Assembly (NCBI GenBank): GCA_028281325.1
Contig: JANQKC010000015.1
Coordinates: forward strand, 20,282-84,281
Length of the DNA stretch: 64,000 bases
Direction of reading: 5' to 3'
Source: Alphaproteobacteria bacterium
GTDB taxonomy: Bacteria; Pseudomonadota; Alphaproteobacteria; UBA8366
Position numbers and translations under genes: made by a program
Part shown: piece by piece, positions 9,315-16,679 of the stretch
Position numbering within the stretch: the stretch's first letter is position 1
Layout of the letters: every line of letters begins with the position of its first letter
Notes under the pieces: model-generated
Seen by the model: only the letters and a program-made list of their open reading frames with translations
Databases searched by the model: none
What the model was told of the DNA's origin: nothing

Positions 9315-9983
9315 TTACCCGACATACTGCGCGAACATTTCCATGGTGCGCTTGTGGGATAGCTCCGCACTTTCCTTGTGGTAGGACTCGCGGTCGTCGC
9401 ACATGAAGCCGTGCCCCGCCGGATAGACGAAGGACGCCACGTCGGGGTGCTGCGCTTCGACGGCGCGCACCTTTTCCATCGGGATCGACGCGTCGGTCTC
9501 TCCCCAATGGAATTCCAGCGGGCATTTCGGCTTTTCGCTCATGAAATCCGGAACACGCCCGCCGTAATAGCTCGACGCACAGGCCAAGCCCTCGACCCGG
9601 CAGGCCGCCAGGAAGGTGACACTGCCGCCCCAACACCAGCCGGTGACACCGACCTTGCCGGCCTCGGCCAGCAGCGCCCGGGTGGCGTCGATGTCCTTCA
9701 TGACGTCATCGAAGTTGGACGCCTGCATCGCGCCGATGCCCTTCTCGCGGTCTTCGCCGGTGTAGCCGACCTCGATGCCGCGCTCGACCCGGTCGTACAG
9801 CGCCGGCGCGATCGCCAGATAGCCGGCGGCCGCGTAGGTGTCGGCCATATGCCGGATATGCGGATTGACGCCGAAGGCTTCCTGCACGACCAGGATCCCA
9901 CCTTTCGGCGTTCCGCTCGGGTCGGCCCGATAGGCGGCGAATGTATGACCGTCCGACGCGGTGATTTCGATATCGGTTCCCAT
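9315..9983 (-). CDS. Dienelactone hydrolase family protein
   Basis: VVQEAFGVN, GWCWGG (Cys nucleophile), AGHGF. Confidence 0.9.
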   Translation of the reverse strand: MGTDIEITASDGHTFAAYRADPSGTPKGGILVVQEAFGVNPHIRHMADTYAAAGYLAIAPALYDRVERGIEVGYTGEDREKGIGAMQASNFDDVMKDIDATRALLAEAGKVGVTGWCWGGSVTFLAACRVEGLACASSYYGGRVPDFMSEKPKCPLEFHWGETDASIPMEKVRAVEAQHPDVASFVYPAGHGFMCDDRESYHKESAELSHKRTMEMFAQYVG

Positions 9984-10252
9984 CTGATACTCCCTCATTC
10001 GGTTGTGGCGGCCGGATATCGCCGCTTGGTGTTGAGACTGACTTTACCGCATCCGCCCCATCCCCTGTCCAGCACCACTACCCGATACCAGGGTCTGGGG
10101 CGGCTTTTTGCAGTCTGCTGGGCACATTTGCTATATTTGCGCGGACAAATCGTGAAATCGTGGACGTCGCCCGTTGTCCCGCCGAAATCAGGCTCTTCCT
10201 GATGCGCGGGCCGCCCTGCCGCACAAAGGCGACACGGAAAAGAGGACACAGC

Positions 10253-11137
10253 ATGTCGGAAGCGCGCCAAACGATACCCAAAGACCAGTCCTACGAAAAA
10301 ATCCAGGTCAAACCCGTCGCCGGCGCGATGGGCGCGGAGATTAGCGGCGTCGACCTGTCCCAGCCGCTGGACGATGCCACCTTCGCCGAGATTCACCGGG
10401 CCTGGCTCGACCACAATGTCGTTTTCTTCCGCAATCAAGATCTGACGCCGCAGCAGTATCTGCGCTTCGCCAAGATGTGGGGCGGGATTCATCTGCACCC
10501 TTACATGAAGGGCATGGACGACTTCCCGGAGATCTTCGAGATCATCAAGAAGGAAGGCGACGTCCAGAACTTCGGCAACCGCTGGCACACGGACCAGATG
10601 TTCTGCCCGGAACCGGCGAAGGCAACCATGCTCTACGCCAAGGAGGTGCCCGAGGCCGGCGGCGACACGATGTACAGCAACCTGTATCTCGCCTACGAGA
10701 GCCTGTCGGACGGTATGAAGGAAATGCTGGGCAGGATGCAGACCCACAACATGGGCGACCAGAAATACGGCGGGAAATCCCGGTCCGAACGCTACCGCGA
10801 GGGCGGCAGCATGGGCGACAAGGTCGCGCCGCCGAACCAGGATATCAATTCCGATCATCCGCTGATCCGCACGCACCCGGAAACCGGACGCAAGGCGCTG
10901 TACATCGGCTCGCACACCGCGCGCTTCACCGGCCTGACCGACGAGGAAAGCGCGCCGCTGCTGAAATACCTGATGAACCATGCGCGCCGGCCCGAATTCA
11001 CCTGCCGCTTCAAGTGGGAGGTCGGCTCGATCGCGCTGTGGGACAACCGCTGCTGCCAGCATTACGCGGTCAACGACTACCATGGCCAGCGCCGCCGGAT
11101 GCACCGCATCACCATCCAGGGCGACAAACCCTTCTAG
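10253..11137 (+). CDS. TauD/TfdA Fe(II)/2-oxoglutarate dioxygenase
   Basis: WHTD, GGDT, HPLIRTHPETGRKAL, WDNRCCQH, R..HR. Confidence 0.92.
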   Translation: MSEARQTIPKDQSYEKIQVKPVAGAMGAEISGVDLSQPLDDATFAEIHRAWLDHNVVFFRNQDLTPQQYLRFAKMWGGIHLHPYMKGMDDFPEIFEIIKKEGDVQNFGNRWHTDQMFCPEPAKATMLYAKEVPEAGGDTMYSNLYLAYESLSDGMKEMLGRMQTHNMGDQKYGGKSRSERYREGGSMGDKVAPPNQDINSDHPLIRTHPETGRKALYIGSHTARFTGLTDEESAPLLKYLMNHARRPEFTCRFKWEVGSIALWDNRCCQHYAVNDYHGQRRRMHRITIQGDKPF

Positions 11138-11151
11138 CGGGAGATTGTAGG

Positions 11152-12048
11152 ATGCCGGACAGCGCAGCACTCGAAACGACGCCCCAGAACTACCGCACCA
11201 TCGGCGTCAGCCGTCTTGCCGGCGCGCTTGGCGCGGAGGTTACGGGCGTCGACCTCGCCGAGCCGTTGAGCGACGAGTGCTTCGCGGAACTCCACCGCGC
11301 CTTCCTCGACCATCAGGTGCTCTATTTCCGTGACCAGAACCTGACGCCCGAGCAATACATCGCCTTCGCGAAGCGCTGGGGCGGCATCCATCTGCATCCG
11401 TTCAACGCGCCGATGGAGGGCTACCCGGAAATCATCGAGATGACGAAGCGCGAGCAAGACACCTTCGCGCATGGCGCGCGCTGGCATTCGGACCAAATGT
11501 ACACGCCGCAGCCCGCCATGGCGACGATGCTGTACGGCCGCGAAATCCCGCCGGCCGGCGGCGACACGATGTTCTCGAACCTCTATCTCGGCTACGAGGC
11601 CTTGTCCGACGGCATGAAGGAGATGCTCGCGCCGCTCAAGGCCGTGAACAACGGCGACAGCAAGAAGCATCCGACCGGCACCACGCGCGCCGAACGCGCC
11701 GCCGCCGGCACCGGCCAGATCGCACAGAAAGACCCGAGTGAGATCGACATCCAGACGATCACCAGCCACCCGATCGTCCGCACCCACCCGGAAACCGGCC
11801 GCAAGGCGATCTACATCGGCTCGCATACGGAACGCTTCGACGGCATGACCGACGAGGAAAGCGATCCGATCATCAAGTTCCTGATGGAGCACACGCACCG
11901 GCCCGAGTTCACCTGCCGCGTGCGCTGGGAGGTGAACACCCTGGTGTTCTGGGACAACCGCTGTTGCCAGCATTGCGCCATCAACGACTACAACGGCCAA
12001 CGCCGCCGGGTGCAGAAGATCACGATTTCCGGCGACACGCCGTTCTAA
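11152..12048 (+). CDS. TauD/TfdA dioxygenase (tandem paralog)
   Basis: WHSD, GGDT, HPIVRTHPETGRKAI, WDNRCCQH; real start MPDSAA. Confidence 0.92.
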   Translation: MPDSAALETTPQNYRTIGVSRLAGALGAEVTGVDLAEPLSDECFAELHRAFLDHQVLYFRDQNLTPEQYIAFAKRWGGIHLHPFNAPMEGYPEIIEMTKREQDTFAHGARWHSDQMYTPQPAMATMLYGREIPPAGGDTMFSNLYLGYEALSDGMKEMLAPLKAVNNGDSKKHPTGTTRAERAAAGTGQIAQKDPSEIDIQTITSHPIVRTHPETGRKAIYIGSHTERFDGMTDEESDPIIKFLMEHTHRPEFTCRVRWEVNTLVFWDNRCCQHCAINDYNGQRRRVQKITISGDTPF

Positions 12049-12078
12049 GGCTCCTTCGGCGGCCGACCGATACCGGGG

Positions 12079-12918
12079 CTACGCGGCCAGCATCTCCAAC
12101 AACAGCGCATTGAAAGCGTCTGCCGCTTCGTATTGCATCCAGTGGCCCGCGCCCTCGATCACGCGCAAATCCGCATCCGGGTGATGGCGGCGGACTAGGT
12201 CCAGGCGCTCCGGTACGGACTCGCCGGCGAAGGCGTCGTGGGTCGACCAGATGCCTTTCACCGGTGCTTGGATCTGCGGCAAGGCACGGCCGAGGCCATC
12301 CCAGATATCCTCTTCCGGCCAGGCGGTCATTCGGAAGCGGACCTGTTTCGTGTTGGTCCGCTGGATATGCACCGCAAGCTCGTCGACCGCGTCCGGGTCG
12401 GCGATCATCAATCCCGCCAAGTTGGCGCGGTGGACCTCATACACTTCCTCCGGCGACATGCTGGGCCGCAGTTTCGCAAGCGCGGGCCGCGGCGCGTCCT
12501 CGACGCCGAGCCCGCCGGGCGCGACCAGCGTCACCGTCGCCACCTTGTCCGGCCGCTGCGCCCCCACCTCGCCGGCAAGCCGGCCGCCATAGGAGAACCC
12601 GACGACATCCGCACGCTCCCCCTCGGGCAAGATCTGCGCCAAACCCTCGGCCACGACGCGTCCGTAATCCCGCGCTGTGCTCGGCAGCGGCGGCCGTGCC
12701 GACGCCCCGAATCCCGGCGCGTCCGCCGCATACACCGTGTAATGATGCGCCAGCGCCTCGATGTTGCACGCCCAATGCAGCCAGGTGCCGAAGTTACCGT
12801 GAAACAGCACCAGCGGCGGCCCCTCGCCCCAGCTATGCCACACCATCTCGCCATCGCCGCAAGGCGTGCCGATCCGCCGCGCCGTCGCGTCGAGGCGCGT
12901 TATCGCTTCCAACGGCAC
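12079..12918 (-). CDS. Alpha/beta fold hydrolase
   Basis: LFHGNFG, GFSYGG, GAGHW. Confidence 0.88.
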   Translation of the reverse strand: MPLEAITRLDATARRIGTPCGDGEMVWHSWGEGPPLVLFHGNFGTWLHWACNIEALAHHYTVYAADAPGFGASARPPLPSTARDYGRVVAEGLAQILPEGERADVVGFSYGGRLAGEVGAQRPDKVATVTLVAPGGLGVEDAPRPALAKLRPSMSPEEVYEVHRANLAGLMIADPDAVDELAVHIQRTNTKQVRFRMTAWPEEDIWDGLGRALPQIQAPVKGIWSTHDAFAGESVPERLDLVRRHHPDADLRVIEGAGHWMQYEAADAFNALLLEMLAA

Positions 12919-12923
12919 GGGGC

Positions 12924-14123
12924 TTAGATCGCGCCCGCGTCGCGCAGCTTGGCGATCTCGTCGGCGCTCAGGCCCATCTCGCCGAGGATCACGTCGCTAT
13001 GCTCGCCCGCGTCCGGCGTGGGATAACGCAGCGTCTGCGGCTGCGGCGTCGCGGTCAGGTTGACCGGCTGGCGCACCACGTCCAGCTTGCCGAGCCGTGG
13101 ATGGTCGACCTGCTTGACCACGCCCAGATGCTTGACTTGCGGGTCCTCGAAGGTCTGGTCGATGCTGTAGACCGGCCCGCAGGGCACGCCGGCGTCGTTC
13201 AAGACCTCGATCCAGTGTTCCGCGGGCTGCTGCTTCAGGACCGCGGTCACCTCGGCATTCAGCGCCGCCCGGTTCGCGGACCGCGATTCGACGCTGTTGT
13301 AGTCCGGATTCTCCAGCAATCCTTCGGCGCCCGCCGCCTTGCAGAACCGCTCGAACATGGTGCCGGAGGCAGCGATGTTGATCAGGTCGGTCCCGGTCTC
13401 GAAGCAGCCCATCGGCACGTTGATCGGGTGATCGTTGCCCGCCTGGGGCGCGACCTCGCCCTTCTGCAACCAGCGCGACGCCTGGAAGTCGAGCATGAAG
13501 GTCATCGCCTCCAGCAGCGACGTATGCACCCACTGCCCCTTGCCCGTCTTCTCGCGGTCGAGCAGCGCGATCAGGATGCCCTGCGCCAGGAACATGCCCG
13601 CGCAAAGGTCCGTGATCGGGATGCCGACGCGGACCGGGCCCTGCCCCGGCAGGCCGGTGATCGACATCAGGCCGCCCATGCCCTGCGCGATCTGGTCGAC
13701 GCCCGGGCGCTTGCCGTAGGGACCGTCCTGCCCGAAGCCGGAGATGCTGCCGTACACGATGCGCGGGTTGACCTTGCTGACCGCGTCATAGTCGATGCCG
13801 AGGCGATGCTTCACGGCGGCGCGGAAATTCTCGGTGATCACGTCCGCCTTCTCGGCCAGTTTCATGAACAGCGCATGGCCTTCCGGGTTCTTCAGGTCGA
13901 TGGTCAGGCTGCGCTTGTTACGGTGCAGGTTCTGGAAATCGAATCCGTCGCGTTGGCCGGTCAGGGCGGAGCGGTTCTTTCCCGAGGTCGCCGGCGGCTC
14001 GACATAGATGACATTCGCCCCCCAGTCGGCGAGCACGCGCGCCGAGGTCGGCCCCGCCCGCGCCTGGGTAAGATCGAGTACGGTATAGCCTTCAAGCGGC
14101 AATCTATTCTCGGACACGGTCAT
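12924..14123 (-). CDS. CaiB/BaiF class III CoA-transferase
   Basis: RAGPT..LADWGA, HRNKRS, RPGVDQIAQGMGGLMSITG. Confidence 0.92.
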   Translation of the reverse strand: MTVSENRLPLEGYTVLDLTQARAGPTSARVLADWGANVIYVEPPATSGKNRSALTGQRDGFDFQNLHRNKRSLTIDLKNPEGHALFMKLAEKADVITENFRAAVKHRLGIDYDAVSKVNPRIVYGSISGFGQDGPYGKRPGVDQIAQGMGGLMSITGLPGQGPVRVGIPITDLCAGMFLAQGILIALLDREKTGKGQWVHTSLLEAMTFMLDFQASRWLQKGEVAPQAGNDHPINVPMGCFETGTDLINIAASGTMFERFCKAAGAEGLLENPDYNSVESRSANRAALNAEVTAVLKQQPAEHWIEVLNDAGVPCGPVYSIDQTFEDPQVKHLGVVKQVDHPRLGKLDVVRQPVNLTATPQPQTLRYPTPDAGEHSDVILGEMGLSADEIAKLRDAGAI

Positions 14124-14317
14124 TTCCTCCGTCGTAAAGCTGCCATCCCCACCGCGACGCTGCGATTCCCGATCCGGCTTTACCGGATTCAACGGTGTCG
14201 AGAGAGGCGATCAGATCGTTTCGGGCCGAGGACCGGCCCTGGTGGACGCGTTCAGCCCAGGCGCGGAAGATAGCCGATTTTCGCCGAAATATCGAATCAG
14301 GCAAGCGGTTTCGAAGG

Positions 14318-15385
14318 CTACGCCACGTCCAACGGCGCGCTCAGCGTCACGCCCGGCATGTGCATGCCTTGGGGCCGGCCATCGTCATCGGCCGAACCGA
14401 ACCGCTCGTAATAGGACGGCGGCAGCGGCCAGCCGTTCGGCAGGTTGAGCCAGAGCCGCAGCAGATGCCGCCGCTGCTCCGGGTCCGGCCAATCCTCGAA
14501 ATCGGTGCGCGAATGGAAGGTGATCAGGTTGTTGATCCACTGGATGTCGCCGGCCTGGAAATCCATGTCGAGCCGCAGCGCATCGCTCTCGGCCAGCTCC
14601 TCCAGCAGGTCCATCGCCTCGACCAGTTCCGGCGTCACCGCGGGCACGCCGTCATGGCGCGGCGCGGATTCGACGAAACGCCGGACGAAGGTCACGGTCA
14701 TGTAGCCCGCGTGATAACAGAAGACCGGCGCCTCGTAGGTCGGCGCCTTGCCCTCGATATACTCGCCGCGCCGGTCGCGGTGGATCGGCTCGGTCAGCAG
14801 CCGCAGCAGGTCCGGCCGCCGGTCCAACATCGCGTTATGGATCGCCATGGCGCTGGTGACACTACTCAATCCGCCCGACTTGGCCGGCTGCAGGCACATG
14901 AGGCCGACCAGATCCGCGCCCAGGTCCGTGTGGAACGGCAGCCGCGCCCGCGACTGATAGCCGGCGCGCGCGTTCATCGCGTTAAAGTCGCCGCCGATGT
15001 CCTTCACATGGCCCAACAAATGCCCGTCGGGATTCTGCGAGACCGCATCGCCAAGATGCGCGCCCAAGCCCCAGAAGGCGATGGCCGATTGCTCGCGCGA
15101 CCATCGGTCGACCGGCAACCCGCGCATCAGGGTGACGCCGCAGCCGTCGACCAGGTCGTGCCGAATCCGCGCCATCACCGGCCCGAGCGTCGGCAGCGAG
15201 AAATCCGCCTGCCTGATCGCCATGATCTCCAGACCGCGCGCCTGCACGGCATAGACGGCGGCGTCGATCTCGGCCACCTCTGCAGCGGACAGTTCGTGGA
15301 TCCAGTCGTCCCGCTGCGTCATCTCCGGCCCGGTCCACACGAAGGGCCCGGCAATGGGCTCATAGGAGTTGATCGGTCCGGTCAT
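14318..15385 (-). CDS. TauD/clavaminate synthase-like dioxygenase
   Basis: PFHTD, GGLS, GDIQWINN..HSRT, RHLLRLW. Confidence 0.85.
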   Translation of the reverse strand: MTGPINSYEPIAGPFVWTGPEMTQRDDWIHELSAAEVAEIDAAVYAVQARGLEIMAIRQADFSLPTLGPVMARIRHDLVDGCGVTLMRGLPVDRWSREQSAIAFWGLGAHLGDAVSQNPDGHLLGHVKDIGGDFNAMNARAGYQSRARLPFHTDLGADLVGLMCLQPAKSGGLSSVTSAMAIHNAMLDRRPDLLRLLTEPIHRDRRGEYIEGKAPTYEAPVFCYHAGYMTVTFVRRFVESAPRHDGVPAVTPELVEAMDLLEELAESDALRLDMDFQAGDIQWINNLITFHSRTDFEDWPDPEQRRHLLRLWLNLPNGWPLPPSYYERFGSADDDGRPQGMHMPGVTLSAPLDVA

Positions 15386-15460
15386 GGGGAATCCTGTCGC
15401 GGTGTCCTGGCATAGGTTGGGGCGCGGGCCACAAGTGTACCTATGGTCGGAACGCCATGG

Positions 15461-15811
15461 CTAGGCGTGATGCGCCGCGCCCTCCACGATCCTGCCGTCC
15501 CCGCCAACCCGGAGATACTCGCTCACCGCCGCCCCGCGCTCGTTCCGGTATTGGATGACGACGCTGTCGGGCCCGGCGAAAACGGCCTTGAGATCGAAAT
15601 GCAGGTCGGGGTGGTTTGGCAACGCCGCGCCCCAATAGCCGCGCAACGCCTCCTTGCCGTGCAGACGCCCGGTCTCGGACAGGCCCATCGCGGCAATATA
15701 GGGCGACGCCATCGAGGCGTCTTCGGCATAAAGCGCAAGCACCCGCTCCAGGTCATGCGCGTTCCACGCCGCCACCCATTCCCAGGCCAGGGTATCGAGA
15801 TCGGCATCCAT
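15461..15811 (-). CDS. SnoaL/NTF2-like protein
   Basis: WVAAWNAHDLERVLALYAEDA, GKEALRGYW. Confidence 0.85.
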   Translation of the reverse strand: MDADLDTLAWEWVAAWNAHDLERVLALYAEDASMASPYIAAMGLSETGRLHGKEALRGYWGAALPNHPDLHFDLKAVFAGPDSVVIQYRNERGAAVSEYLRVGGDGRIVEGAAHHA

Positions 15812-15825
15812 GATGACATCCCTTT

Positions 15826-15852
15826 TATTAAGTCAGTAATGCTGACTTAATA
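15826..15852. promoter_or_regulatory. Palindromic operator upstream of the SnoaL-like gene
   Basis: TATTAAGTCAG-TAATG-CTGACTTAATA, perfect 11-bp arms. Confidence 0.6.
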
Positions 15853-15922
15853 TTAAAAGCCCGCTCGCTGAAGTCAATGCCACCCCTTGGCGTCACACAG
15901 ACGACCGCCGGCCTCTCAGTCT

Positions 15923-16037
15923 CCTCATGCTGAGCTTGTCGAAGCATGACGCCACGCGTTCCACCCTCCCTCATCCTTCGACAAGCTCAGGATGAGGAAC
16001 ATCGAGAACTCCATCCAAGGCGCTCGCGGGAATGACG
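15923..16037. repeat. REP-like inverted pair plus a half copy of the second family
   Basis: CCTCATGCTGAGCTTGTCGAAGCATG / CATCCTTCGACAAGCTCAGGATGAGG and CGCGGGAATGACG; same families as 8161-8386. Confidence 0.8.
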
Positions 16038-16062
16038 GGAAAGAGGCGCGAGAGCGCCGGCC

Positions 16063-16665
16063 CTACTTCCGGTCGATCGCAGCCTGCATGACTTCCAAGC
16101 GATCGTTGCCGAAATACATGTCGTCGCGGTCGAGGAAGAAGGTCGGCGAGCCGAAACCGCCGCGGGCGATCAGGTCGTCGGTGGTCTCGAACAGCTTCCG
16201 CTTGATCACGTCGTCGCCGATCTTTTCGAAGAAGGCGTCGGTGTCCATGCCGACCGAGGTGACGATCTCGCGCAGCACATCCTCCTGCGAGATGTCCTTG
16301 TCGTCGACCCAATATGCCTTGAAGCAGGCGCCCGAGTATGCCGACACCTTGCCCTCGTCGATGGCGACGAAGGCGCCGCGCAGCGCCTTGACGCTGTTCA
16401 CCGGGAACACGCTCGGCCGGATCATCTTGATGCCCTGGTAGCGCGCCCAATCCTCCATGTCCTTGCGGTAGTAGGCGTCCTTCGGCGGCACCGGGTTCTC
16501 GCGGCGCTGATAGACGGTGGGATTCACCTTGTTGAACACGCCGCCGACCAGGAACGGCTTCCACACCAGGTCCGCGTTGTTGCGGGCGCAGAAATCCTCG
16601 ATCCGGTCATAGGCGAGATAGGTCCAGGGGCTGGAGACGTCGTAGAAGAACTCGATGGTGGTCAT
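16063..16665 (-). CDS. 2-hydroxychromene-2-carboxylate isomerase / DsbA (kappa GST) family
   Basis: IEFFYDVSSPWTYL, GGFGSPTF, YFGNDR. Confidence 0.88.
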   Translation of the reverse strand: MTTIEFFYDVSSPWTYLAYDRIEDFCARNNADLVWKPFLVGGVFNKVNPTVYQRRENPVPPKDAYYRKDMEDWARYQGIKMIRPSVFPVNSVKALRGAFVAIDEGKVSAYSGACFKAYWVDDKDISQEDVLREIVTSVGMDTDAFFEKIGDDVIKRKLFETTDDLIARGGFGSPTFFLDRDDMYFGNDRLEVMQAAIDRK

Positions 16666-16679
16666 GGGGCGTCGGCTTT

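Noticed and set aside
10477-11151. Apparent 225-aa N-terminal extension of the second TauD
   Set aside because: Off-frame overlap with the first TauD; homology starts at the ATG at 11152
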